DNA from: Novosphingobium sp.
Lineage (GTDB): Bacteria; Pseudomonadota; Alphaproteobacteria; Sphingomonadales; Sphingomonadaceae
DNA length: 64,000 nucleotides
Assembly: GCA_047605225.1 (NCBI GenBank)
Contig: JASGGD010000002.1
Coordinates: forward strand, 7,696 to 71,695
Reading direction: 5' to 3'
Positions 37,529 through 47,047 of this stretch are shown here, in pieces. Made by a program: the position numbers and the translations under genes. The number at the start of each line of letters is the position of its first letter. Within the stretch, counting starts at the first letter, position 1. Under the pieces are notes generated by a model that saw only the letters and a list, made by a program, of their open reading frames with translations, searched no databases and was not told the DNA's origin.

Positions 37529-37553
37529 GGGACGATTTGGGTACTGCCGCGTT
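37529..37553 (+). promoter_or_regulatory. EcfG-type (general stress) promoter candidate
   Basis: GGGAC-N16-CGTT (GGGACgatttgggtactgccgCGTT). One mismatch to GGAAC-N16/17-CGTT; -10 is 40 nt upstream of ATG 37593. Confidence 0.5.
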
Positions 37554-37592
37554 CAAAGTATGGGCGGGGGGCAACCGACAAGGAGATAGATC

Positions 37593-37889
37593 ATGCCTCG
37601 CGGAGACAAGTCGAGCTACACCGACAAGCAGAAGCGCAAGGCCGAGCATATCGAAGAGGGCTATGAGGACCGCGGTGTCGGCAAGGAGGAAGCAGAGAGG
37701 CGCGCCTGGGCGACGGTCAACAAGGAATCCGGGGGAGGAAAGAAATCTGGCTCTGGCCGCGGTAAGAAGGAAAACCACGAGAGTTCGCGCAAAGGCGGCC
37801 GCAAGGGCGGATCGAGCCAGAGCGCGGAAAAGCGCTCGGCTGCCGCAAAAAAGGGCTGGGAAACTCGCCGACGCAAGAGAAATACCTGA
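37593..37889 (+). CDS. small basic hydrophilic protein, paralogue of 57132..57425
   Basis: 98 aa MPRGDKSSYTDKQKRKAEHIEEGYE..RAWATVNKESGGGKKSGSGRG..KGWETRRR. AAGGAG RBS. A second copy at 57132 is about three quarters identical at nucleotide level by eye. Confidence 0.75.
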   Translation: MPRGDKSSYTDKQKRKAEHIEEGYEDRGVGKEEAERRAWATVNKESGGGKKSGSGRGKKENHESSRKGGRKGGSSQSAEKRSAAAKKGWETRRRKRNT

Positions 37890-37999
37890 TGTCCATTCAC
37901 AAGATGATGGTGCTGCACACCGATTTGAGTGGTGTGCATGACATGGAGAGTGTCCTGGTCATGAACTGCGCATCTTCACGATCTTCGGGATAGCGGCTT

Positions 38000-38608
38000 A
38001 TGACGGAATGGATCACCGCTATTGTCGAAAAATTGGGATACTGGGCCATCGCGCTGCTCATGCTGCTCGAGAATGTCTTTCCCCCCATACCCTCCGAGGT
38101 CATCATGCCGTTGGCCGGCTACACGGCGGCCGAGGGCGGTCTCAATCTCGGGCTTGTCATCCTCGCCGGTACGATCGGCACGGTGGTAGGGGCCGCTTTC
38201 TGGTGGTGGTTGGCAAGCCGGTACGGCGAGCGGAGACTGAAGACCTTGGCGGACCGCCATGGCCGCTGGCTCACGTTGTCAGTGGGCGACATAGACCGCA
38301 TCGACGACTGGTTCGATCGCCATCGATCGTGGGCAATTCCTTTTGCTCATGTGATTCCGGGCTTGCGCACTCTGATCTCGATCCCGGCAGGCATGTTCGG
38401 CACCCGCTTCGCCCGCTTCATCATCCTGACCACCCTGGGATCTGCGGTGTGGAACAGTCTTCTGGCCGGAGCCGGATACGTTCTGGGCAAGCAGTTCCCG
38501 GCCGTCGATCGGTACCTTGGGCCTGCTGGCCTGGGGATCATGGCGGCAGTCCTGGTGTATTATCTCTATCGCGTCATCACGTTCCAGCCGAGTACGAAGG
38601 ATGCTTGA
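38000..38608 (+). CDS. DedA-family inner-membrane protein
   Basis: 202 aa; LGYWAIALLMLLENVFPPIPSEVIMPLAGY is the DedA/SNARE-associated signature; multiple TM helices. Confidence 0.8.
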   Translation: MTEWITAIVEKLGYWAIALLMLLENVFPPIPSEVIMPLAGYTAAEGGLNLGLVILAGTIGTVVGAAFWWWLASRYGERRLKTLADRHGRWLTLSVGDIDRIDDWFDRHRSWAIPFAHVIPGLRTLISIPAGMFGTRFARFIILTTLGSAVWNSLLAGAGYVLGKQFPAVDRYLGPAGLGIMAAVLVYYLYRVITFQPSTKDA

Positions 38609-39128
38609 AGACGATCTGCCCACGACTCTGATGAGGCTCGGTCTTGCGACGGTTCTGGGCCTCGCGCTGGGCTTCGAACGCGAGCGCCGCGGCCACGATG
38701 CGGGTTTACGCACGCATGGACTTGTCGCGCTGAGTTCGGGGATGCTGACCTTGTCGGCGCTGGAACTCGTCGAGCACCACGCCGAGGGCGATCCCGTTCG
38801 CGTCATACAGGGGCTTGCGCAGGCGATTGGCTTTATCGCCGGTGGCCTCATTTTTGTGCGCGGCAAAGATGTGCGCAATATGACAACCGCGGCAAGCCTG
38901 TGGATGGCTGCGGCCGTGGGAATCACCGCAGGGGCCGGTCAGTATATCCTCGTCCTGGCTGGCACGGCGCTCGCTCTCCTGCTGCTTATCGCTGCTTCCC
39001 TTGTCGAACGCTGGTTTCCAGCGAAGGAAGATACCCCCGACAGTCAGCAAACGACGCAAATGCCAAACCGCCGCGGTGCTGCCGTTCCGCCTTCCTCGAG
39101 CGATCAGCCGAACGGAAACGACGCGTAG
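38601..39128 (+). CDS. MgtC/SapB-family membrane protein
   Basis: ATG 38601 within ORF 38517..39128 overlaps the DedA stop. LMRLGLATVLGLALGFERERRGHDAGLRTH is the MgtC N-terminal signature. Confidence 0.8.
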   Translation: MLEDDLPTTLMRLGLATVLGLALGFERERRGHDAGLRTHGLVALSSGMLTLSALELVEHHAEGDPVRVIQGLAQAIGFIAGGLIFVRGKDVRNMTTAASLWMAAAVGITAGAGQYILVLAGTALALLLLIAASLVERWFPAKEDTPDSQQTTQMPNRRGAAVPPSSSDQPNGNDA

Positions 39129-39248
39129 CAGGGAAGGGCGCGCTGCAAGCAATGATGAGACTGCGCCGCGTGAGCGGCCAAATCGCAACCATGCACAGCA
39201 CGCCTCATTCTGGTAAAGTTGTTAAGTCTGGTGCTGTAAGATCGTTTG

Positions 39249-40463
39249 ATGGAGAGACGATCCCCATCCCCTCGCGCCCGTCCGCAGGCGACGGTTTTTG
39301 GACAGGCGGCATACGAACTGCTGCCGGATGCCGTCTATCGCGACCTTCTTGCACCGCTCTTCGCGATGGCGACCCCAATCCTGGGATTTGGCATTCTCTA
39401 CGCCGTCGTGGGAACACTGGTCCTGGTGAGCTGGCACAGCGGGTCGGTTCTTGCGCTGGTCCTGTGCTCCAGCATCGTGACCGCCGTTCGCCTTGTGATC
39501 ATTCGCGCATATCACCGAGCAGGGGGCCTGTCTCAGGACATCCCTGCGCTGCGGCGGTGGGAGAGGCGATACACATGGGCAACATGTGCCTGTGCCAGCC
39601 TGATAGCGAGCCTCAATCTGGTGGCGCTCGCAGCGCCCCATCCCCTCGTCCATCTGGCCACCGTCAGCCTGATCTTCACCTTTGGCGCCGGGATCGTATC
39701 GCGCAATGCGGGCCGGCCCAGGCTCTGCTTGCTTGGTCAGACGATCACGGTTGTCCCGGTGTCATTGGGAATGTTCGCGCACGCGATGCGGATCGATGCT
39801 CAGACCGTCACCGGGCAGTTTTTCATACTTGAGGCCATTCTGCTTCTCGTCGTGGCCGCGATGAGCATCGAATCCGTCCGGCATCTCTATCACTCCACGC
39901 TCGAGCATCTGACGACTAAGCATGACCTTGGAAACCTCGCGCGATACGATCCACTCACCGGCCTTGCCAACCGGTTGCTGGTGCGTGAAGCGTTTTTCAA
40001 ACAGGCGCAATCGTGCCGGATCGATCAGCAGATCGCCATTCACTATCTCGATCTCGACGGCTTCAAGGCTATCAACGACCAGTTCGGGCATCCGGTCGGA
40101 GACAGGCTGCTGATCGAGGTCGCCGCGCGACTGGGCGCTGCGGTGCGAGGCGATGACGTCGTCGGCCGCCTGGGTGGCGACGAATTCGTGGTCCTTCAAC
40201 CCGGAGTCTTGCATGCGGACCAGGCGGAGCTTCTTGCGCGCCGGATTATCCGCCAACTTTCCGAGAGCTACCGTATCCACGATACGGAGATGGAGATTTC
40301 CGCCAGCGTCGGGATTTCACTTGCGCCGGTTCATGGTCTCGACCTCGACCGGCTTCTGCAATGTGCCGATGCCGCGCTGTACCGTTCCAAGAGGAAGGGC
40401 AAAGCGCAGGTTCATTTCTGTGAGGATCCAGCGCCTTCCAGCAGGGGCAGAGCAGTCGCGTAG
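39249..40463 (+). CDS. membrane-anchored diguanylate cyclase (GGDEF)
   Basis: ORF 39246 (TTG) with ATG at 39249. Five or six N-terminal TM helices, then YDPLTGLANR ... GGDEFVVL ... SVGISL. Confidence 0.8.
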   Translation: MERRSPSPRARPQATVFGQAAYELLPDAVYRDLLAPLFAMATPILGFGILYAVVGTLVLVSWHSGSVLALVLCSSIVTAVRLVIIRAYHRAGGLSQDIPALRRWERRYTWATCACASLIASLNLVALAAPHPLVHLATVSLIFTFGAGIVSRNAGRPRLCLLGQTITVVPVSLGMFAHAMRIDAQTVTGQFFILEAILLLVVAAMSIESVRHLYHSTLEHLTTKHDLGNLARYDPLTGLANRLLVREAFFKQAQSCRIDQQIAIHYLDLDGFKAINDQFGHPVGDRLLIEVAARLGAAVRGDDVVGRLGGDEFVVLQPGVLHADQAELLARRIIRQLSESYRIHDTEMEISASVGISLAPVHGLDLDRLLQCADAALYRSKRKGKAQVHFCEDPAPSSRGRAVA

Positions 40464-40624
40464 ATTTTGAAGTTAAATGGCGCGCATTGGTCGAAAAGCC
40501 GAATCTTGCAGTTCGCAGAAACGATCTACGTATTTTTGCCCACTTTTTGAAATTCTGCGATCTCAAATTATTCTGCGGCGATAAGGCACTTTTTGAGCGG
40601 GGAGACGTTGATGGCACGCCATCA

Positions 40625-43600
40625 ATGCCGAACCTCGTCCCGACAGTCCTTCCTGAAAGCTTACAATTGCCTCTTATCGATACGCCGGACCAGCCTTCGG
40701 CACAGCGGCTTTTCTCCGGCGCCGGTGAAGTCCGCTCAATAGGTCGGAATCTGGATTGGGCACAAACGCCCCTGGGATCAGTTGCGAGCTGGCCGCCGAG
40801 CTTGTGCTCAATGGTACGGACTTTGCTGTCCTCACAATATCCGATGGTTCTGACGTGGGGCCGCGAACTCACCCAGATTTATAACGATGCCTATTCTAAG
40901 CTGATTGGGGACAGACATCCTGCCGGCCTAGGCGCCGACATTCGCATAACGCTTGCAGAGGCGTGGGGGACGCTCGGCCCGATGATCGAGCGTGTGATGG
41001 CGACGGGCGATGCGAACTGGACACCGGCTTTACCCCTCGAGATGCATCGCTCTGGATATAGGGAAGAGGCCTATTTTTCGGTGAGCCACGCTCCGGCGGA
41101 GAATGACAACGGGGTAATCACCGGGATGCTTGCGGTGTGCTCGGAGGTGACTGAGCAGATAGTGGGGGAGCGCCGTCTGAAGCTGCTTCGTGAACTCGCG
41201 GCCAGGGCAGCCAGCGCGGTACAGACGAGGCAGGCCGCGCTCGATGTCATGGGCGCACTTGCTGATGATCCGCTCGACATACCTTATGCTGCGCTGCTGC
41301 TGCGTACCGCAACTGGTCATGAGGTTGCCGCATCCTTCGGTCTTCCGGCCGATATTCTGCGCCAGATGGAAGACGATGGCGATCCTTGGGGGTTATCCTT
41401 TGCATTGAATGGCTCAAGTTTCGTCATTGACGCGGCCGACACCCACGTATCCACGCTTGGCGGCACCTACCTTGACCCTGTAGTCTCAGCCATTTGCCTG
41501 CCTGTGCTGGGTGAGCAGAATGCGATCGATGGTTTTCTTGTGTGCGCAATTTCACCTAATCGGGCGCTCGACGAACCTTACCGGTCATTCTTAAAGCTGG
41601 TAGGTGGGCAGGTCTCCGTTGCGATGCGCAATGCCCGGGCTCGTGAGCATGAGCAGCACCGTGCGGCAGAAATGGCCGAACTCGATCGGGCCAAGACGGC
41701 GTTCTTCTCCAACGTCTCGCACGAATTTCGCACTCCTCTCACGCTGATACTCGGACCTCTCGAGGAAGCGCTGAACGATGAGCCCGATACCATGCCGGCG
41801 CATCGCGACGGTCTCGAGCTTGCACACCGCAATGCGCTGCGCATGCTGCGTCTCGTTAACACCCTGCTCGATTTCTCCCGAGTGGAGGCGAGCCGGATGG
41901 CAGCAGCGCCCGAGCCTGTTGATCTGGCTGCGCTTACGGTTGACCTGGCCTCGAATTTTCGGGCGGCGATCGAAAAGGCCGGTCTCGATTTTCGTGTCAA
42001 GGCGCGGCCGCTGTCGCGGCACGCCCGTGTCGATCGCGAGATGTACGAGAAGATCGTGCTCAACCTCGTTTCCAACGCTTTCAAGTTCACCCATGAAGGG
42101 TCGATCGAGGTCCGTCTAAGTGAGACGGACAATGCTGCCGTACTGAGGGTCAGTGACACCGGCGCTGGCATTGCACCCCACGAACTTGATAACGTGTTTG
42201 TTCGATTTCATCGCATTGCCGGGCAAAAATCGCGCAGCCACGAAGGCTCAGGCATCGGCCTAGCACTGGTCAAGCAGCTGGTCGAACTCCAGAGCGGATC
42301 CATCGTGGCTGAGAGCGCGGGTGAAGGGCGCGGGGCAGCATTCACGGTCACGCTTCCTCTTGCGCAGCCGGGAACGGGCTCCGCTCCGGTCGGCACAGCT
42401 GAACTTGAAACAAACTCCGTTCGCGCGAGCGCTTACGTCGAGGAGGCTTTGCGGTGGCTCCCTGAGGAGTCACTCCCGTTGTACGGGGCCGCGCCACAGC
42501 GTCCACGGATCCTGCTGGCCGATGACAACGCCGACATGCGCGCCTACGTGCGACGCCTGTTGGCACCGGATTTCAACGTCACAGTTGCCGCTGACGGCCT
42601 TCAGGCTCTGGCTTCGGCACGCGGGACGCGGCCGGATCTTGTGCTGTCCGATATCATGATGCCGCACTTGGATGGATTCGGGCTCCTTCGCGCGCTCCGG
42701 GACGATCCAGCAACGCAAACCATCCCCGTCATTTTCCTCTCCGCCAAGGCTGGTGAGGACGCGCGGATCGAAAGCCTCGAGGCAGGCGCAGATGATCATC
42801 TTGTGAAACCCTTCAGCGCCCTCGAACTGCGCGCGCGTATCGGCGGGGCACTCGACCTTGACGAACTTCGCGGCGAAAAGGCGGCCCGCGAGCGGGTTTC
42901 CCGGGCGCGCGAGCAAACCGACCTTGCGCAGGCTGCGCAGTGGCGCAGCGAACAGCACCTTCAGGCGCTCACTGACGCCCTGCCTGTGCTGATCTCGCAT
43001 CTTGATCGCGACTTGCGCTATCGATTTGTAAACCGCGCGTATGAAGGCTGGCTGGGCCGCCCGATCGATGAAATACTTGGAGCCCGCGTTGAGGACATGA
43101 TCGGCTCGGAAGCGCTTGGCCACGTTCAAAAGCACATTGACGCCGCGCTGGCCGGTGCGCAGGTTCAATTCGAAACCTTCATGCCGTATGATAGGATCAG
43201 TCCACGACATGTTCGCGTGGATTATATTCCGCAGCGCGGGCCCGATGGCGTGATCGAAGGCTTTTACGGGCTTGTTCAGGATATAACCGAGCGCAAGCTC
43301 GCCGAGCGCCATCGCGAACTGCTGGTCGACGAATTGAACCACCGCGTGAAGAATACACTTGCCGTAGTTCAGTCGATAGCAGCGCAATCCTTCAAGGGGG
43401 ATCGTGAGCCAGCAGAAGCGCGCATGGCATTCGAGGGGCGCCTCCTCGCGCTGTCCGATGCCCATAATCTGCTCACGCGGGAGAGCTGGGATTACGCGAT
43501 GCTGGCGGATGTGATCGGCAATGCGATCCGACCTTTTGGTGAGGGCCGTTTCGATGTCGCAGGACCCGCGATCGCCCTCGAACCAAAGACCGCGGTGAGT

Positions 43601-43915
43601 ATCGCCCTTGCCCTTCACGAGCTTTGTACCAACGCCGCCAAGTACGGCGCTCTATCAACGGCGAAGGGACGCGTGAGCGCGTCGTGGTCTCTGGACGACG
43701 GGCCGGATCCCAGGTTCCATCTGGCTTGGGAGGAGCACGATGGTCCGCCGGTGGCCCCGAGATCGAGACAGGGATTCGGCTCGCGGCTCATCGAGCGTGG
43801 CCTCGCAGCCGAGCTTGGTGGCACTGCGGACATGTCCTTCGCGCCAGACGGCTTGAAATGCTTCATCACAGCGCCGCTGGCCAACTTGGGAGGCCACAAT
43901 GTCTCTCGCGGGTAA
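40625..43915 (+). CDS. hybrid sensor kinase: GAF-like sensor, HisKA-HATPase_c, receiver, PAS, then a second HWE/HisKA_2-type kinase module
   Basis: ORF 40487..43915; ATG 40625 preferred because the upstream part is AT-rich. H-box FFSNVSHEFRTPL and G-box GSGIGLALVKQLV. REC RILLADDNADMR..DLVLSDIMMP..DHLVKPF. PAS, then LNHRVKNTLAVVQSI ... HELCTNAAKYGA (HWE type). Confidence 0.8.
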   Translation: MPNLVPTVLPESLQLPLIDTPDQPSAQRLFSGAGEVRSIGRNLDWAQTPLGSVASWPPSLCSMVRTLLSSQYPMVLTWGRELTQIYNDAYSKLIGDRHPAGLGADIRITLAEAWGTLGPMIERVMATGDANWTPALPLEMHRSGYREEAYFSVSHAPAENDNGVITGMLAVCSEVTEQIVGERRLKLLRELAARAASAVQTRQAALDVMGALADDPLDIPYAALLLRTATGHEVAASFGLPADILRQMEDDGDPWGLSFALNGSSFVIDAADTHVSTLGGTYLDPVVSAICLPVLGEQNAIDGFLVCAISPNRALDEPYRSFLKLVGGQVSVAMRNARAREHEQHRAAEMAELDRAKTAFFSNVSHEFRTPLTLILGPLEEALNDEPDTMPAHRDGLELAHRNALRMLRLVNTLLDFSRVEASRMAAAPEPVDLAALTVDLASNFRAAIEKAGLDFRVKARPLSRHARVDREMYEKIVLNLVSNAFKFTHEGSIEVRLSETDNAAVLRVSDTGAGIAPHELDNVFVRFHRIAGQKSRSHEGSGIGLALVKQLVELQSGSIVAESAGEGRGAAFTVTLPLAQPGTGSAPVGTAELETNSVRASAYVEEALRWLPEESLPLYGAAPQRPRILLADDNADMRAYVRRLLAPDFNVTVAADGLQALASARGTRPDLVLSDIMMPHLDGFGLLRALRDDPATQTIPVIFLSAKAGEDARIESLEAGADDHLVKPFSALELRARIGGALDLDELRGEKAARERVSRAREQTDLAQAAQWRSEQHLQALTDALPVLISHLDRDLRYRFVNRAYEGWLGRPIDEILGARVEDMIGSEALGHVQKHIDAALAGAQVQFETFMPYDRISPRHVRVDYIPQRGPDGVIEGFYGLVQDITERKLAERHRELLVDELNHRVKNTLAVVQSIAAQSFKGDREPAEARMAFEGRLLALSDAHNLLTRESWDYAMLADVIGNAIRPFGEGRFDVAGPAIALEPKTAVSIALALHELCTNAAKYGALSTAKGRVSASWSLDDGPDPRFHLAWEEHDGPPVAPRSRQGFGSRLIERGLAAELGGTADMSFAPDGLKCFITAPLANLGGHNVSRG

Positions 43916-44285
43916 GCGCGTGTTGGTCGTGGAAGACGAGATGCTCGTAGCCATGAATATCGAAGACACGCTAACCGAACTGGGCGCAATCGTCGTCGGC
44001 CCTGCCATGCGCCTGGATACCGCGCTGGATTTGGCCGGACGAGAAAACTTCGACCTCGCCATGCTGGATGTGAATATCCACGGCGGACGGTCCTACCCGG
44101 TTGCCACCTTGCTGAAATCGCGCGGCGTGCCCTTCATATTCGCCACGGGGTATGGCCACGCGACCGATGCGGACGAATTCAGCGACATCGCCACGTTGGC
44201 AAAGCCCTTTCGTGCCACAGAGGTTGAACTGGCCCTCTGCAACGCTCTTCACTCATCGTCGAAACCTCCAGCTTCGTCGTCATAA
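43899..44285 (+). CDS. single-domain response regulator of the PFxFATGY (FAT GUY, SdrG-like) family
   Basis: 128 aa. KRVLVVEDEMLVA..DLAMLDVNI..GVPFIFATGYG contains an exact PFxFATGY motif. GGGAGG RBS; overlaps the kinase stop by 17 nt. Confidence 0.85.
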   Translation: MSLAGKRVLVVEDEMLVAMNIEDTLTELGAIVVGPAMRLDTALDLAGRENFDLAMLDVNIHGGRSYPVATLLKSRGVPFIFATGYGHATDADEFSDIATLAKPFRATEVELALCNALHSSSKPPASSS

Positions 44286-44329
44286 CAGCCTGATGGGCGT
44301 CGGCGCGGGAGGCGGCTTTTCGATAGTGT

Positions 44330-44355
44330 GGAACGTGCGCGCCTCCTGCAAGTTG
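44330..44355 (+). promoter_or_regulatory. EcfG-type promoter candidate
   Basis: GGAAC-N17-GTTG (GGAACgtgcgcgcctcctgcaaGTTG). The -10 lies only about 8 nt before ATG 44363, so the transcript would be leaderless, or the match is fortuitous. Confidence 0.35.
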
Positions 44356-44362
44356 GATCAGC

Positions 44363-44728
44363 ATGAAAACGACATCGACGCTCATGGCGGCCGCAGCGCT
44401 GGCCTGTACGATCGCGGCTTGTGATGGTCCGAAGGAGAAGGCGGGTGCCGCAGAGGATGAAGCCGCTGCCAACGCTTCGGGCATACCTTATGAGGGAAAC
44501 GGGCCCGCCGAGCGCGCTGGCCGCGCTGCGGACCGCGTAGATCGTGCCGCCGCGAAGGCGCGTGATTCTCAGGCGGATGCGCTGAATGATCAGGGACACG
44601 CTATCGAAGCACAGGCAGATGCGGAGGCCGACAAGCTGGAGCAACAAGCCCAGGCAATTCGCGATGCCGCCAAAGCGAAGGCCAGAGAACTGGGTCGGCA
44701 AGCGGAGAGGCTAAAACAGACGTCCTGA
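44363..44728 (+). CDS. small Ala/Glu-rich lipoprotein
   Basis: 121 aa; MKTTSTLMAAAALACTIAAC lipobox, followed by a helical, charged, low-complexity body. Confidence 0.65.
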   Translation: MKTTSTLMAAAALACTIAACDGPKEKAGAAEDEAAANASGIPYEGNGPAERAGRAADRVDRAAAKARDSQADALNDQGHAIEAQADAEADKLEQQAQAIRDAAKAKARELGRQAERLKQTS

Positions 44729-44832
44729 TCGGGTCGAGAGGCGCGGATCAATCCCGTAAGCGCCCAAACCAAAGGCTTCGATCGATCTAACCGTTCAAGC
44801 CAGATTGGCGCGTTACCTAAAGTTTTTGCCCA

Positions 44833-46665
44833 CTATTGGACTGCGGGGAGCACCCGTTTGAGATCGACGCTGAAACGCGCCTGCACGCCTTCGGGAAGAT
44901 ATTCGATCAGCGCATCCCGGCTACCGCAGATACCCAATGAGATAAGCCGCGATCCAAACCCCTTTTGCGCAGGTTGCTCCACCAATGGGCCGCCCCGTTC
45001 CTGCCAGAGAAATTGAAAGCGGTGGTCATCAATATGCCAACTGACCACCACCTGACCTGCTTCCTGTGACAATGCCCCATATTTCACGGCGTTGGTCGCC
45101 AGTTCGTGAACGATTAGGGACAGCGACATCGCGGCTTCGGCGCTGACCTGCATATCGGTTCCACACAGCGCGATCCTGCCGCTGTCGGCGCCCAGCCACA
45201 AGATGCGCTGAAGGAGCTTTGACATGTGCGTGGCGCTCCAGCTCGTCTGGAGGAGACTGTCGTTCGCCTGACCGAGCGCGACGATCCGGCTCAGGAGCGT
45301 TTCCCGCACATCGGGATCGATGTCTCGCAGGGTCTGGGCAGCAAGTGACTGAACCATGGTGAAGCTGTTCTTCACACGGTGAGACATCTCCCGCATCAGC
45401 AACTGCTTTTGCTGCTCTGCGGCCTTGCGCGCCGTCACGTCGATCGATGTCCCTGAAAATCGATAGGGCTGGCCGGACGCATCGACCACCATCCGACCCT
45501 TGCATTCGACCCAGCGGATCTGTTCATCGGGGATGGCGAGCCGATAATCTACGAGGAAATCGGCCCCATGCTCGAACACCGCCCGAATGCTGGCACGCAG
45601 CGCGGGGAGATCTTCGGCGACGACATACCTTTGATATTGTTCTTCAGTGAGACCGGCGGTGCATCCATCGACATCAAGGCCATAAAGCCGCGCAAAATTG
45701 GCATCGCCGTGGATGCGATCAGAAGACACCATCCAGTCCCAAAGACCCACAGAGCCGGAAGCCGTGAGTGCCATCTGCAGGCGCTCATCTTGCAGGGCCA
45801 TACGATCCTGGAGCACACGCGACTGGGTTTTGTCGCGCAAAACCTTTACGAAGCCGATGATGACGTCATCCGCATCCTTGAGCGGCATCATCTCTCCGCT
45901 CGCCCAGAATCTATCTCCGCTCTTGCGCATGTGCCAGCGCTCATCGGCCCCTCGGCCATTGGCAAGAGCCTGCCTCATCTCATGGCTTGGTACTGCGGCG
46001 GCGCGGTCCTCTGGTGTGAAAAAGACCGAGAGATCGCGACCAACAATTTCCTCGGCTGTCCATTCGAGAATATTGGCGGCACCGGCATTCCAGTCGGTGA
46101 TGGCCCCTGTGCGATCCATGACGATGATGGCGTAATCGATGGCGCTGTCGAATATCGATTGAAAGCGCAGCGCGGCGTTAGCGAGCTCGTTCTTGACCTC
46201 TCGCTCCTGACTGGCGATCTTACGCAATTCCAATTGGCTCATGACTTGCGTCGCCAGCATCTGCAAGGTGAACCGTTGCAGCTCGCTCAGCCCTTCAGGA
46301 CGTTTCTGAGTATCTAATATGCATAGCGTACCGATCGCGAGACCTGCCTGATTTTTAAGCAATGCGCCGGCATAGAATCGGATTCCGCCCGCCGCGTTGA
46401 CCAGGGGATTGGCCGCGAAGCGGCTGTCTCTCGTCGCATCGCGGATTTCCAGGAAATCCTCCTCCAGAATCGCGTGAGCGCAAAACGAAGTGTCGAGCGG
46501 CGTTTCTCGAACGCCAAGACCCACTTCAGCCTTGAACCATTGGCGATCATCTCCAACAAGATTGACGACTGCGATCGGCGCCGCGCAAATCGCAGCGGCC
46601 AGTTTCACAACATCATCGAACTGCTTTTCGCGCGGGGTATCGAGAATGTCATATTCGGCAAGCAC
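44833..46665 (-). CDS. GAF-PAS-PAS HWE-family histidine kinase
   Basis: ORF 44833..47028, but there is no Met after the first for over 120 codons and that region looks non-coding. GTG 46665 (..LAEYDILDTPREKQFD..) is a minimal start; the true start is uncertain. GAF, two PAS, then MSHRVKNSFTMVQSL ... HELATNAVKYGA. Confidence 0.75.
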   Translation of the reverse strand: MLAEYDILDTPREKQFDDVVKLAAAICAAPIAVVNLVGDDRQWFKAEVGLGVRETPLDTSFCAHAILEEDFLEIRDATRDSRFAANPLVNAAGGIRFYAGALLKNQAGLAIGTLCILDTQKRPEGLSELQRFTLQMLATQVMSQLELRKIASQEREVKNELANAALRFQSIFDSAIDYAIIVMDRTGAITDWNAGAANILEWTAEEIVGRDLSVFFTPEDRAAAVPSHEMRQALANGRGADERWHMRKSGDRFWASGEMMPLKDADDVIIGFVKVLRDKTQSRVLQDRMALQDERLQMALTASGSVGLWDWMVSSDRIHGDANFARLYGLDVDGCTAGLTEEQYQRYVVAEDLPALRASIRAVFEHGADFLVDYRLAIPDEQIRWVECKGRMVVDASGQPYRFSGTSIDVTARKAAEQQKQLLMREMSHRVKNSFTMVQSLAAQTLRDIDPDVRETLLSRIVALGQANDSLLQTSWSATHMSKLLQRILWLGADSGRIALCGTDMQVSAEAAMSLSLIVHELATNAVKYGALSQEAGQVVVSWHIDDHRFQFLWQERGGPLVEQPAQKGFGSRLISLGICGSRDALIEYLPEGVQARFSVDLKRVLPAVQ

Positions 46666-47047
46666 AGAACTGCGGCCCGGTGAATGAACGCTAGAAAAAC
46701 ATAACCTTTCGTTCTGTGTGTCGCTCAAATCGCGGCTCCCTGCGCAAGACCGATGCGTCAGCTGCGGACGATCTATAGCCGCAGCTGCAGCACTATCGCC
46801 ACTTATAAAACGGGGCCAGCCATGATTAGCAATCGCTGGTCGGCCGAGGTACTTTCCACGCGAAAGTTGGGTTCCTCCGCACAATTTTTGACACCCCGCA
46901 TGATGATCAAGCCGCAGCCGAGGAAAAGACCGGCTCGATGCATCGCATGCGGCGAGCTTTCCCCGCCACGCATGTGAAGGCGCTGCTGGAGTACAACTTA
47001 TACTGCCGCCGACGAGCAACACCCACAATTCATCGAGCGTCAGGGTT

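Noticed and set aside
40533-40544. 12-mer TTTTTGCCCACT shared with 44823..44834 near the two HWE kinase genes
   Set aside because: Many repeated 12-mers are expected by chance in 64 kb. The second copy overlaps a stop codon. No dyad or extended similarity.
42470-43618. 382-aa minus ORF, and similar long antisense ORFs (15326..16420 +, 49527..50684 +, 54611..55864 -, 62155..62964 -, 57360..58118 -)
   Set aside because: Each lies opposite a gene with strong family signatures (kinase, FecR, monooxygenase, ALDH, GH15, flavin reductase). They are high-GC frame shadows.
46666-47028. N-terminal extension of the HWE kinase ORF up to 47028
   Set aside because: No Met for more than 120 codons after the first. 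The composition is lower in GC and irregular. The extension would abut the SDR gene end. The true start remains uncertain.
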